NCBI GenBank assembly: GCA_964187785.1 | Contig: OZ076409.1 | Span: 7,690,001 to 7,754,000, forward strand | Source of the DNA: Amphiscolops sp. MND2022 | Taxonomy: Eukaryota | Direction of reading: 5' to 3' | DNA length: 64,000 bases | In this document: one piece after another, positions 27,199-39,601 of the stretch | How positions within the stretch are numbered: position 1 is the first letter of the stretch | Layout: each line of letters opens with the position of its first letter | The notes under the pieces: model-generated | Told to the model about the DNA's origin: nothing | What the model saw: only the letters and a program-made list of their open reading frames with translations | The model's database searches: none | Translations under genes and position numbers: made by a program

Positions 27199-27853
27199 GA
27201 AAACATAATAAACAAAAGGAAAGGATAATAACCAAATAAAACAAATGAAGCTCTAAAAAAGTTCACAAAATTGACAACGAATGACCTCACAAATTAACTT
27301 TCATTCTACCCAAAACTTCTCACTTGGACAGTTGCTCAGCTCAACTCAACCCAACAACTTCACTTGGAACGATCCTCCGCTCCCTCTAAACAGCGAAATT
27401 ACAGAAGTCTCTATTCCGGGAATAGATGCCACTGTGATTGTTGATGTTTTGAACTCACAACTGACCAACAAACATTCCAATATTGTAAATACAATTTAAA
27501 CCTCAATTTTATAAAAACTCAAAATAAAAGAACAAAAACTCCTCAGTAATTTAAACTTAACCATAATATGTGGTAAAAATAAGTATTTTAGCGCTACAAA
27601 ATCACGCAAGTTAAAATGGAATCCTTGCCTGAAATTGATGTAGTTAACTCTAGTCCCTCTGAATTGCTTGCATCCCCTTTGAATATAACTATTCAACAAA
27701 ATGTTAACGAAGATAATAATTCATCTTCACAAATCCAAGAACCTATGGAAACATTCCAGTTGAACAAATTGATCATATAAACGCGAAATCTCAAAAACGA
27801 AAATACCCCGACATAACCGCAGATAAACCTTTTATGGAATCTGGCGCTTGTCC

Positions 27854-28595
27854 TCCTTTCATGAAACCATCAAAACAAGATGAAGATCAAGATTGTGATT
27901 TAATTCCTATTTTATCTTCAAGACAATTTACATTTCAATCTCATTTAACTTCTTTTTATATGATTCCAACAAAATACAAAGTCATCATCAGGGAATATCA
28001 AAACGACTATCATACTTCAATTGCCTCAAAATTAGTTACCCCCATATGATTAGCGGTTAAATAAAAAAGTGAAAATTTTCTCTCTTCAATATAATTTCCT
28101 CAGACCATCTCCGTATGATCTCAGAACTGAAGAGAATGATGCTAATTTCTTGCCATACCAAATAAATGAATAGAATTCTAATAGATTTATGTCCGAAACT
28201 AGTATGTAGATATTTATGTAGGAAGATATCAAATCTGAATGAACCACAGAACATCTTTTTAGTCGGCACTTTTACTGAAGTCTTCCTTTCATGAAACCAT
28301 CAAAACAAGATGAAGATCAAGATTGTGATTTAATTCCTATTTAATCTTCAAGACAATTTACATTTCAATCTCTTTTAACTTCTTTATATATGATTCCAAC
28401 AAAATACAAAGTCATCATCAGAGAATATAAAAACGACTATCATACTTCAATTACCTCAAAATTAGTTACCCCCATATGATTGGCGGTTAAATAAAAAGTG
28501 AAAAGTTTCTCTGTTCAATATAATTTCATCAGACCATCTCCGTATGATCTCAGAACGGAAGAGAATGATGCTAATTTCTTGCCATAACAAATAAA
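27854..28595 (+). repeat. Direct ~312-bp duplication (27854-28166 and 28284-28595) separated by a ~115-bp foreign insert
   Basis: Both copies run TCCTTTCATGAAACCATC...TGCCATA(C/A)CAAATAAA. The spacer matches 32243-32355. Confidence 0.9.
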
Positions 28596-31368
28596 GAAAT
28601 CTCACCATGTTACCTACCAAAAATTTCTTCAATACAAAGAACCTGAAAACTATCTTTTCTTCAATTCAAAATGTACATCGCCTTTCACTTTAAACGCTGA
28701 ATACCTAATAGATCACACAAAAAGAAAAGGAAAATTAGGAAATTACGATCCATTGAAACAAAATTTTCTCTTCCTTCCAAATGAAAAACCAAAACCAATT
28801 ATAGTACAACAAGAATATCTCATTCTAAATGATGATTCGTTGTTACAAGAAGATATACCCAAAGGTATATCTGACACTCTTCCTCCAATTCAACCCATTT
28901 CCTACCAACCTCTTGGAGATTGTGAAAAATCTTATTATTACGCCATAGCAAAGAAGGGATATTCAAATAATGAATTATTATTCATTATTTCGCATCTTAT
29001 TTCAATGCTTACAAAAGGAAATATGAAAGAAAAAGAACAAATCAAGAACCTTCAAAGAAACCAACAAATGACATTCCTAAACCAGAAAGCTTCCCTCCTA
29101 CCGAAGAAATACACAAATACAAACAATTAATGGACATTTCAAAACCATATCATAACCCCAAAAAAGATATACTCATTACTGTTACTGATATAGTAAATAC
29201 ACTCGAACAAGCCCGAGACCTATTGGAAAATATGACATTTGATACGACAAGAATTAGCCAATCAGCTTCGTATGTACGAACATCCTTGGATGAAATCAAC
29301 TACATATCTTAGTAGACGTAAAAACTCCAACAATCTTAACTGGTAATTATGGATAATAGCTTTAATAATTTTAACACTTGACTCTTAATCCCGTAACAAC
29401 CTGTCGAAACTAGCTAGTACTTACTCAATAATACTCGCTGAACATATTCACAGCCTATATTAACCAATAAAATACAGCTCTAAAATGAAATCATATATTG
29501 TTTTAAAATGGGACATAAAAAGTTTTTAAAAAACGCTTCAAATGCTCCTCCTTTTAATGAACCGATTTTAACGAATAAGGCCTCAAATGAACGATATTTA
29601 ATTGCGCTTCAAAAGACTTCCAAAATACACTAACTTGATCTAAAAATTAAAAAGATATAACACAATAAAATATATCAAGAAAATGTCAACGATAAAAATC
29701 TAAATTTAAAGGGAATTCAAATGTAAACAAACTAATCTATTTCAGTTGCATATCTTCAAACTTCGTCTTCACCTCTTCCTTTTTATCTCAAACCCAGTCT
29801 CAACGTCCTTCCACTTCGAAAATTTGCAATTACCATTTCACCTCTCCCATCACGATGACTTCAAACAATTCCATGCAGCCCCCAATTGCTTCAACCCGCC
29901 TTCGGTCTCTTATTCTGAAAAAACATTTATCCACGTTATATACACAAAAGACCCAAGAAAATAAGGCAGATCCACAACTAACAAAGATGATTCTCTTCAA
30001 TATATTCCAAATTTTCCAAATAAATAAAATAAATTTTCAGCAATACCTTATATTGCATAATCATCCCGATACTTTCATTCACAAATGTGATTCCACTACT
30101 CAAACGGATTATACTACCATCCGTCCAAAAGCCTTTTCCAGAAACCTCTCCAATAGAACCTGTACCTCATTGGAAAAAGAAAAAGTAGTATCTTACTGGC
30201 CATCGGATGACAATGATTCTACCGATGACGAACTTCAAAAAGATCCCTCTGAAGCGACATTAGACGAGAGTTCTCCACATAAAACATATACGTACATCAC
30301 ATTCTGCAGTTCACCGAAGATCACAACAGCACTCGCATATAGCCCATCATCAACTGTTTAGACCCACTGATCGCCGCCCATCAACACCAAAGGAATTGCA
30401 GTTGCAGCAGAAGTCCAACATCATTCCGCACTGACGATCCCAAATTGCCGCTTGCAGACCCAAAATTGCCGCTTTTCTCCAACTGGCCCATCATCGACCC
30501 AGCGAATTCAGAAGTCAAGAAGACCCATGAGATGATAATACGAACAATAATATAATTTGAAAACAAAACCATGACAGAAAACATTGTACTTGATTAAAAT
30601 CTTAAACTTTTCTTCAAATAAATTTGTATTAATTTATTAGTAATTTATACAACACCCACCCATATTTATTCGCCCATTTCTAACTTTTATTCAACCAACC
30701 GGACAATTATTTGCTCGTTTTTAAAGAATAATTCTTTATTTTTTTTCGGTGCATTTCAATCCCAAAAGAAATTTAATTATATGTAAACAAATTCTTTTCA
30801 GAATTTCAACAAAAACTAGCTCAAAAATTGATCAAGCACATTGTTCAATTTCAATTCGAATAATGAGAAGCCAACTTTTTTAAAGTTTTCAACATTTCTT
30901 ACATAACACACCCGCCAAAGTTGAAAACAACCTGAAATCTTTTCAGACAGTTTTCATACTTTAAACGATAAAATTGTCAACAAAACATTTTCTTTGACTC
31001 TTTGAAATTTAGCTCATATGATGTTTTGCTCACGTTTGTTAAATGCAAAGTTAATTCAGAACTTCAACAGAGGCATAAAATAGAGCCGCTACCAGTTCAA
31101 AAACAAGGCCTGAAAGCATAGTGAAACAGACCACTTTGATGCCTTTGAACTATAGTCGCACATATGAGGTCTAAGTTGTCACATTTTGATAGACAACTCG
31201 AGGTCTACCATTGAGTCGAACTTACACCAATCTAAAAATAGACTTATGCCAATCAACCATCAAAATGAAATTTGAACTAACGTTCAGTTAATGCTTAAAA
31301 CATTTACACAAAATTTTTTTTTATTAATGTGATATAAAATTTTTATTTTATTTGAAAACCGGGATGGA

Positions 31369-31651
31369 TGTACTGACCTACATTAATAACCAATAGTATT
31401 TAGATGTTTATAGAATGTTCTAGAATGTACATTTGTTTAATATTGAATGACTGTAAAACTCTACTCCTTCAGAGAGAGAAAACTAATAATCAGTATTTAG
31501 TCGAATTCCTTTCTTCCTTCTCTGAGACCTGCAAGTTTTATTAGAATTAGTTAGCTAGCATCGATCTAAGCAGTCTTGTCTTGAAACTTAGATCTGTACC
31601 ATCTAGATACAATACCACTAACGTAAAAATACAACTCTAAAAAGCAGCACA
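31369..31651 (+). repeat. 3' LTR of element B
   Basis: Direct repeat of 13327-13609, preceded by the PPT-like GAAAACCGGGATGGA. Confidence 0.95.
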
Positions 31652-32334
31652 TTTTGCCATTGCATGTAATTTTCTCATTTGGCTTTTTTCGCCAAATTTA
31701 TTGCAACCGGCATTGTTTTCTCTTCTTTTTGTTCTTCATTCCAAGGTGCGCTACTTTATCAATTCGATTTGTTTTTCGACCCCATATTTTACAAATTGGG
31801 GCGGAAAATAATGATCTGTGATGTGTTTTTTTCCCCAAATTTTGCCAAATCTCCACAATCTCCCACAAATTCTGTCTGGTTTGCACAGAAGAAACCTCCA
31901 GTTTTTTTTATTATCCATTTTATGTTCTCCTTTTGCGAATTGTCGTTCGTATTTCTCACTATTTTTCGCTGTGATCAATGAATTATTTTCCGTGTTATCT
32001 TGTGGTGTCTATGTTTAGCACAGGTGATTTTCTGGCATCTTCGGTTGTTTGTATAATTGGTTCGGTGTTGTTACTAATAGTTAACGATAATAAAAAATGT
32101 CTGACTGGACCATGTTGTATTTTTATAATTGTATTGATGAAAAAAAATTTGGATCCTAAGAACTTTTCTATAATATCTGCATGGTTTCAGCAAAAAGATT
32201 ATCTATTATTGAGTCCGTCGTATGATAGTGATCTATTGGTTGTGAATAGAGTTCTAATAGATTTATGTCCGAAACTAGTATGTAGATATATATGTAGGAA
32301 GATATCAATTCTGTATGAACCACAGAACATCTTT

Positions 32335-32811
32335 TTAGTCGGCACTTTTCCTGAAAAGAGCTGACTATAGTCATGGCTTCTCGTCAGTGTTTTTTTAAGA
32401 CCACCGGAAGTGACCAAAATAGTTCTACCAAAAGTTCTACAAAATTTTGAGAAGACGCCAAAACGTACCTGTTGGCCCAAGGAACTGAACAAGAAGGTTT
32501 TCCGCGTAACATACAATACCGGACGAGACCAAAGGGTCCCCCTTCAGATTTTTTTCGGCAATGTGCGACTTTTTTCAATTTTTTTCCACCAAAGGCCTTA
32601 ATTTTTTTTGGAGTTTTGCAATAGAATGGATGTTGAAAAATCCTAAATGGTCCTCCCTTTCAGTTTTTTTCAGTTTTTTTTCGGCATTGTGAGACTTTAA
32701 AATTGTTTTTCCATAAAAGGTTCCAAATTCATCAATACTTTGACATTTTGAACTCCTTTTGCAATTTTTAGCCTTAGATATGGCGCCGACTTGGGCTGTT
32801 CCCGGCTTGTT
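32335..32811 (+). mobile_element. DINE-1/HINE-like repeat, copy 3
   Basis: TAGTCGGCAC...GAGCTGACTATAG at the 5' end, a GGGTCCCC block, and AGATATGGCGCCGACTTGGGCTGTTCCCGGCTTGTT at the 3' end. Confidence 0.55.
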
Positions 32812-33189
32812 TGTTCTTTAAGTGTCAAACCAGCTGTAGAGACAACGGTGTGAGCGTTTGTAACCAAATGAAATCTTTTATTCGTAGAAAACATTAAAAT
32901 GTTTCAATCATGAAAGTGTATTGAGGGGGGGGGGGGGTTGTTGGTCAATTGGTGCGAAATGGTCCAAAAAGAGTTGATACAACTGTCGGTTACATGTTGC
33001 TTTACACCAATTTTACTTCAAATGAAGCATCTTTACACATCAAGAAAATCGACCGAAAAAAGTGAATCGTATTCTAACCATAGGTTTGCATTTAATTTCC
33101 ATATTGAGTCATTGAGTGAAATAATATCGCTTTAAGTGAGCTCTAGACTGCAAATGAAGGGTAACGAGGCAACACAATTTCAGTTCAAA

Positions 33190-33908
33190 TGTAACGTCCG
33201 CCTCTGGCATGACAAATTTCGATGAAAAATTCGAAATGTGCGACATCGCAATTCAGCAAAAAAGATGGCCGACCTAACAGGAGCGGAAATAAAGAAAAAC
33301 AAAAAAAGAAAAGAGAGAGCACGCTGAAGAGAGCAAAAAAGAAAGGAACCAGAAAGCAGAACGACTATTGACATGAAGATTCGCACAGTGCCGAATGTGA
33401 CGAGTGCATACCGGTGTTATGCCATCCCTCTGGGAGAGAATGCAAAACCGTTCCAGAATGGCATGACTGGATCCCCGAAAACCTACAAGCAGTAACTGTA
33501 CTCCCCTTTGGGGCTCATCCCCCTTAATTTGTTGATTTGTAATGTATTTTGCTGTTTCGCTTATGCCTGACCTTCTAGATCAGCATTTCATATCCTTAAC
33601 TGTCAAAATGGTACTTTTTGGATAAACACTTTTGGACCTCGGAAGTATGTAGGAAGTCGTAGGAAGGCTTGGGATTATGTAGGAACGTTTTTACAGGCTT
33701 GTGGGGCGTGTCCGGACTTTGAGAGTGCCGGCACGTCGCCTCGGAGCTCTAACTAGAGGAGCCTCCTTAGACGTTAGAAAAGTCCCCCATGGAGACCATT
33801 TTGGGAGAAAAGCCAGTGTCTAGGAGTGTAGTAAGACAACGGTCTCCTGTTTAAGCACCCTAGGCATTGTCCCACTTCCGGGATGTGCGCCGCTAGCCGG
33901 ACGTTACA
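33190..33908 (+). repeat. 5' LTR of element C
   Basis: Matches 51753-52472 with only a handful of differences seen by eye. Confidence 0.96.
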
Positions 33909-33924
33909 TCTGGAATAGTTTTTA

Positions 33925-33942
33925 TGGCGACCACAGAGGGAT
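33925..33942 (+). promoter_or_regulatory. Putative primer-binding site (tRNA-Arg-like) of element C
   Basis: TGGCGACCACAGAGGGA resembles the complement of animal tRNA-Arg 3' ends (recalled as TGGCGACCACGAAGGGA). It lies 16 nt downstream of the LTR end. Confidence 0.5.
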
Positions 33943-36900
33943 ATTTTTCCCTACCGCGTCCTGCGAGGAGCAACTCCTGCTTTCCGGCCCTGTAAGGTCC
34001 GGATCTAGGAGAAGCTTTTGGGAGGGTCCTAGATTGTTTTTACTGCCTTTTTCTAGCCCTTTGGGCCTTGTATTAGAGTTTTTCCTGCGTTTCCTGCATG
34101 TTTCCGAGGTCTCCAGCCTGAAAAAGACAGTTTGAAACAGTGTACCCCCTTGCACCTTATCTGTACTTGTTAAAAGAGCTATTCCGGCCTATCCGGAACG
34201 TGTTTTAACGGGTTTTCCAGCTTCTTTTCAGCTAATCGGCAATGTACAGGGACTGCGAGGACGGTTCGTGAAGACCCGAGCTAGCTGAGTGCAGGACTAC
34301 AGGTGCTTCACGTCATAGCCTCTTCCTCCCCACCTGGTGCCGATTCACCAAAGACAGCTGGGTTATTTCGTTCCCTTTACGTTTTATAGCCCCAAATTAG
34401 TATTCCCAGCTCTGTTTTTGCATAAACTAACTGAGAAAAATACCCACAGGGTGTTTGCATCAGTTATTTTAAAGTTTGAGCTCGAAAACATCGAAAATAA
34501 TACTAATAATAGCTCAAATATCGAATTTTCCCGTTTTGGAAGCCAGAATTTTGTAGAATTGTATACGGCCTATGGGAATACCTGAAAAACGTTCTGTCAG
34601 ACCTACCAGGTCGAGAACAAAATTTTTTGTTGGGCTGTTTTTTTTTGAAAAACTTGAAAAATTCAGCAATTTTTGTTTAAAAATCGGCAAAATTGGCCAT
34701 TTTGACCGATTTTGGTAAGGGCAAAGCCTTGGGCGTTTGTTCCCAAGCCTCTTGAACGGCCCAAAAATTTTGGTGTTGAGCTTGGTAGTACGCAATACTA
34801 CTACCAAGACGGTTTTTGACTGCCCCTAATATAAATTGAAGTTTTAACATCACTTTTCTTTCATTAAAATAGACCTGAGTGAAGGACCCCCATAGACCTG
34901 AGTGTTATTGAAATCAAATTAATTATTGCAACTACCCCAGCCCCCTGAATAAAGTTATTACGTGTCCTAACTCTACTGATAAAACCAAACGGAACACCAG
35001 AGAACCGAAAAAACATCGGGTTATTGACGAAAACACGTATTTTCAGTACTGTTCCGAGGGTGTAAAAAGTGCAATCGGAAAATTTTGTGAGAGACCTTGT
35101 TTGAAACCTACCAGGTTTTGCTTGCCTATTTACAGTTAATAGAGAGCGTAACGTTGCAAACGCCGAAAACCGCAAGCATTTCTGAGCAGTGGTTGTTGAG
35201 AAATAGTCGAAAACGCACAATTTTTGCGTCAATTTCGGAATTCGGCAACCTCGTATTTTCAACAAGTCGAAATCTCTCCTAACAGGAAGAGCTAAAAACG
35301 GATTGCACCGTCGTGTAGAGCGCAAAAAGTTACGCTAGTAGCGTGATTTTGATAGCCCTACTGTGAATACCCGCAGAGATAACTTAGCCGCAGTTTTGTT
35401 CAGAAAGTGTACCAAATTGCCGAAAAATCGAAAATTTGATTGAGCCTGGTGTGATATCTCCGGGATATCCCGGCACCCTAATTTTCCTATTTTCGTCCTC
35501 GGGGTACCAAATCCCGACGATTTGTGCAATTTGAGCAGCCGACTACCAGCCGAAGCTGAGAAATTGACATTTTTGTGATTTTTGACCCGAAAAAGTGGTA
35601 CCTCTGGTACATCAAGGTTTTGTCACTTCGGATCGCCCGATATTAATCCAGGCACCTCGCCGCCAGACTTTTCTGTTGCGTGAGCATAAGTTACGCTCGC
35701 ATGCGAAATTTCGGGTAGCTGGGACGCCTAGGACGCGAGTTACACCACTTTTTGCGAATTTCACGACATAGTCAATTTTTCGGTAAACATTGTTAAGTGG
35801 CCGCAACACCCATTGGGTCACTTTTGGCGCAATCGGAGATTAATTCCCCACGATTTAGCCAGTATAATAGACGGTGTGAAATTTTCAGGTCGCTAGCAGC
35901 ACTAGAAGTGATTTTCACCTTCCCCGGAGGTGCTACTTGACGAGAAAAACAGCGTTTCGGATGAATTTTGACTGAAAACCCGCGCACTTCTAGTCCTGAC
36001 GTGCCTCACTCAGGGCTGAAACGACCTGTTTAGCGCATCAAGCAAATCCCACACGGCTCACTGAACTTACAAAATCCGCGTAGGGTTGGCCCCAAGACCA
36101 GCGACCTCCCACTAAACACTCTACGAGACTAAGAGACGGTAACCCTAAAAACCGAAATTCGTTTCTTGCCCGCCACCAAAGTCGCCTAGGTGCAATTTGC
36201 TCGCTATAACCACATGTACTCTGCGCCTCGTGTACCCTGAGGATGCGAGAGTGTGCCCGGGAGCACCAAAGCAGTCACAGACCAGGTTTGCGGGACGCGT
36301 AGAGAAAGTAGAACAAGTACGGAAGAGACCACCCATATCGTTGTAAACTCTTTTACCCACGAGCCGTGAGGCCATAGACCAGGGTACCACTCAATACTCA
36401 ACCCCCACGTTCCCAATCAATCCCCAGATCATTCCCCGTCCATCGCCCATCCATTGTTCCCGAATCAACCTCGTCGTACAAGCGTATAAAACAACCTAAA
36501 GTGACCCCCACTGCGCTCTGCGCGGGGGATACAAAAAGAAATCTCCGCCGACGAGTTTGAAGCTAACCCAATAGTTTTCAGTTAACGGTAACAGCAAGGC
36601 CTGCGGTCACCTAAAAGTAGAAGTCAATTTGGCGTGTAGTAATCTGTAGTTGTGATCGCCAAAAAAAAACTGAAAAATTTTTGCTAAGAAAGCCAAACCT
36701 TCTCTTAAGTGAGGGAAAAGCAAACGAAATTTTAGTTAAACCAACCAGCGATAGTGTGCCTAGTGCACTCCGAGAGTGCAGGAAGGAGTTCAAGCCCACA
36801 TAGTAGGTCTCAACCTCAATACACAAGAGACCGGCCACTCCGAGCGGCTAGGCACGCCGAATAGCTTAGTAGGTTAGTTAGTTAGTGCAGTTTAGATAGT

Positions 36901-37066
36901 ACCCCTTGAGTCATTCAGCCAAAGCAAACCCTTCTCACTCCATCATTTACCACTTGTTTTGCGGGGGAAGGGAGTAGAGAGAAATCAAAAAAAAAATTTT
37001 TTGCTTGTTGCGTGCCGCGTGGAAACTTCGTACGCAGCGCGAGCTACAATATCTCATCCCGTGGCC

Positions 37067-39601
37067 ATGGAACGACGCGAAGCTAACGCTACCATAAGCG
37101 ACCTCCACGCCACCAATCCTTTCAGAAGGGGAACGGAAGCCACGACCGAACAAAACGAATGTAGACTAGATTCCGCCATAGCAGCCATGTTTTCAGAAGT
37201 CATGTCTGACTACGTACCGAGCCAGGAGCAAAACGCGGAGATAGCCGTTGCCACCAGCCAGCCTAACTCCTCGCGAGCCTCCCCCGACAGCACCAATCCA
37301 CAGGATGGTGCTGAAACCACCATGCAAAGAAACACATGGCCTCCGCTGGAAGTCACTGACTACAGCTTGGAAAATTGGCCAAACTACAACCAAGGGCCCA
37401 CACGTGAGCCCAGCACTGCTGACAACCCCATTGAACAAAATGACACTCTAACGACTCCACAGGCGGACCCACGGACGGCGGTTGTCGAGAGGGACCCCTC
37501 GGGTTCCCAGGAGATGACCAATAGCATAGGCGGGAATCCCTTTCGGAGCGGATATGCGCTACCGGGAGCACCGGCGAAAGCGTCGAGTAGGCCGGCGGAG
37601 AATTTGAAAACAACCGTGACAGAGAATCCGTTAAGATACGTTTTTCGAACGCCACCCTCGGCGGGTCCAAAGGTTAACTACGCGAATGCGAGCCGAGCAT
37701 CCCACACGCCAAGCTCTCAAGCCAGCGCCGACACCAATAGTGACTCAACGATAACCAAAGCAAGAAAGGAAGCGCAAGCAATTCGAGAAGACTTTCAGAG
37801 TAGCCTAGCTCAGCTAGCCCAAGTCCAGACGAAGCTGGCGCGGGAAAACAACGAACATGAAATGCGCGCCGACATGATAATGAGGGACATGGACGAGCTG
37901 CGAAGAGGTCTTCTGGAAATTCAAGCGGAAGGACGACAGAATCAGGGCCGACTGGAGGCGTCTATGGCGTCTCTCAACAATCTGATTAAACAGAGAGAGA
38001 CCACGGCGGATGCCCGCATGGCTGAGATGTCTGCAGTAATGAGAGAAAGAGACCGCCAGGCCGACGAACGCATGAAGGCAATGACGAACACAATGCAGCG
38101 CCGCAACATGGACTCCAATGTCCGCATGGCGGACTTGATGATGGCAATGCAAGATTTGACGCTAGGCGTGAAAGCAATTGTGTCGCAGACCCCAGCACCG
38201 CAGGCACAGACAGCGCCACGGGCGCCCCAAAAATACCAGCAAGCCGATATGCCCTCTACATGTGCAGCTCCCCAACCTCCCTACCGGAGGGTAGCACAGC
38301 ACACAGTGGAGCCTGCTAGGCCCCCAAAACTAGTGCCACCCGCGACGTACAGGCGTGACCCGTCGAAAGCTAGTAAAATGGCTAAGGTAGCCCACGCAGA
38401 GTCACGAGACGCCGGCACAGACCCCATGACTGACCCGCCGTCGTTCGACCAGTACGCCCGCGGGGCATCGACCTCGGGCGATTTCCACTCCGTTGCCGAC
38501 GAAATGAACACCCACAGGACCAGCTATTATACGGCCGATTCCAGCGCGGCATTCCGCCTACCTGCGCGAACGCAGACGTTCAGGGACTTTGTTCCGCGGC
38601 CAGTGGCCACCAGCACGCAGCGCAAGGTGACAACCAAGCGGAACATAGAACAAAGCAAAGGCGAACATGCCGACCTGGAAGAGATGCCCTCGGTGGCAGA
38701 AGAGGCCCCGGACACGCCGAGGACTACCCAACGACAGGCACTAGCAGAAGCAATATCCACAGCCATGTCTAAAGGCTTGGAGCCGTTGCTCGCCGTCAAA
38801 GAGTCTAAAAACAAACCCACGAAGTACAGAGGAACCCGAGACGGAAATGCAGATGGGTGGATGATGCTGATGAAACGCCACTTGGAAAAAGCACACCCGA
38901 AGGCGACCCCCCTTGACAAAGCATGGACGATAATTGAGTATCTGGAGCATGAAGCCAGAGACTACATCACGAACAAGTCCAAGGCCGAGAGGGACACGGA
39001 TGAGAAAGTGTTCGCGCTGTTGGCGCGTCGCTTTGGGACCGCCTCCAGCAAAATCCACATCCAGCAGCAATTCAGAACCCGCAATCAGAATAGCGAAGAG
39101 GACTACATGCAATACCTTGATGCCCTCGAGGGCTTGCGTAGCCAGGGTTACCCTAATGAGGAGGTAACGATTCGTCGATACGAAATCATGCAAAGATTCA
39201 TCGAGGGAGTACGCAACTTTGAATTGAAAAGAAACCTCGCGCTGATGTACGCACCGGAGCAATACGTGGAGGCTCCGCCGACAGTGGAAGCCCTTCGCTT
39301 CACGGTACAACAATATTTACGCATGCGCGGCTCCGCTCGCTCGGACAACTACCCAATGATACCCCCTCCACAACAACAGGCCAACCTCCCACAACCTAAT
39401 CAGTCTCCGGCAGCACCCCTGCCGGCCCAAAAAATGCAGCAGCAGCAGCCCCCCCAACCAGCGGCATACCAACAACAACCTGCGCCACCGGCAGCCTACC
39501 GACAGCAACCCCAACGGGCGTGCTTCAATTGCGGAGATCCGTCGCACTTCGTGGTGGACTGCCCACGGACCGCGCACGGAAGCCGGTGCAACAGCAAGTG
39601 A
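37067..39601 (+). CDS. gag: Element C Gag (capsid-like domain, coiled coil, CCHC zinc knuckle)
   Basis: ATG in strong Kozak context GCCATGG at 37067. KPTKYRG...ADGWM...LEHEARDY...RRFG capsid-type motif. CFNCGDPSHFVVDC knuckle. Confidence 0.88.
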   Translation: MERREANATISDLHATNPFRRGTEATTEQNECRLDSAIAAMFSEVMSDYVPSQEQNAEIAVATSQPNSSRASPDSTNPQDGAETTMQRNTWPPLEVTDYSLENWPNYNQGPTREPSTADNPIEQNDTLTTPQADPRTAVVERDPSGSQEMTNSIGGNPFRSGYALPGAPAKASSRPAENLKTTVTENPLRYVFRTPPSAGPKVNYANASRASHTPSSQASADTNSDSTITKARKEAQAIREDFQSSLAQLAQVQTKLARENNEHEMRADMIMRDMDELRRGLLEIQAEGRQNQGRLEASMASLNNLIKQRETTADARMAEMSAVMRERDRQADERMKAMTNTMQRRNMDSNVRMADLMMAMQDLTLGVKAIVSQTPAPQAQTAPRAPQKYQQADMPSTCAAPQPPYRRVAQHTVEPARPPKLVPPATYRRDPSKASKMAKVAHAESRDAGTDPMTDPPSFDQYARGASTSGDFHSVADEMNTHRTSYYTADSSAAFRLPARTQTFRDFVPRPVATSTQRKVTTKRNIEQSKGEHADLEEMPSVAEEAPDTPRTTQRQALAEAISTAMSKGLEPLLAVKESKNKPTKYRGTRDGNADGWMMLMKRHLEKAHPKATPLDKAWTIIEYLEHEARDYITNKSKAERDTDEKVFALLARRFGTASSKIHIQQQFRTRNQNSEEDYMQYLDALEGLRSQGYPNEEVTIRRYEIMQRFIEGVRNFELKRNLALMYAPEQYVEAPPTVEALRFTVQQYLRMRGSARSDNYPMIPPPQQQANLPQPNQSPAAPLPAQKMQQQQPPQPAAYQQQPAPPAAYRQQPQRACFNCGDPSHFVVDCPRTAHGSRCNSK

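Larger units (their letters stand above)
13327..31651 (+). mobile_element. Element B: giant (18.3 kb) env-bearing Ty3/Gypsy LTR retrotransposon, decayed
   Basis: Paired 283-bp LTRs (TGTA...CACA). PBS-like TGGTGCGAC at 13613 and a purine-rich tract before the 3' LTR. Inserted in a T-run (TTTT on both sides). Internal order gag, PR, RT, RNase H, IN, extra ORF, env. Confidence 0.95.

Noticed and set aside
32925..32937. Poly-G run as a functional element
   Set aside because: An isolated homopolymer with no supporting context.
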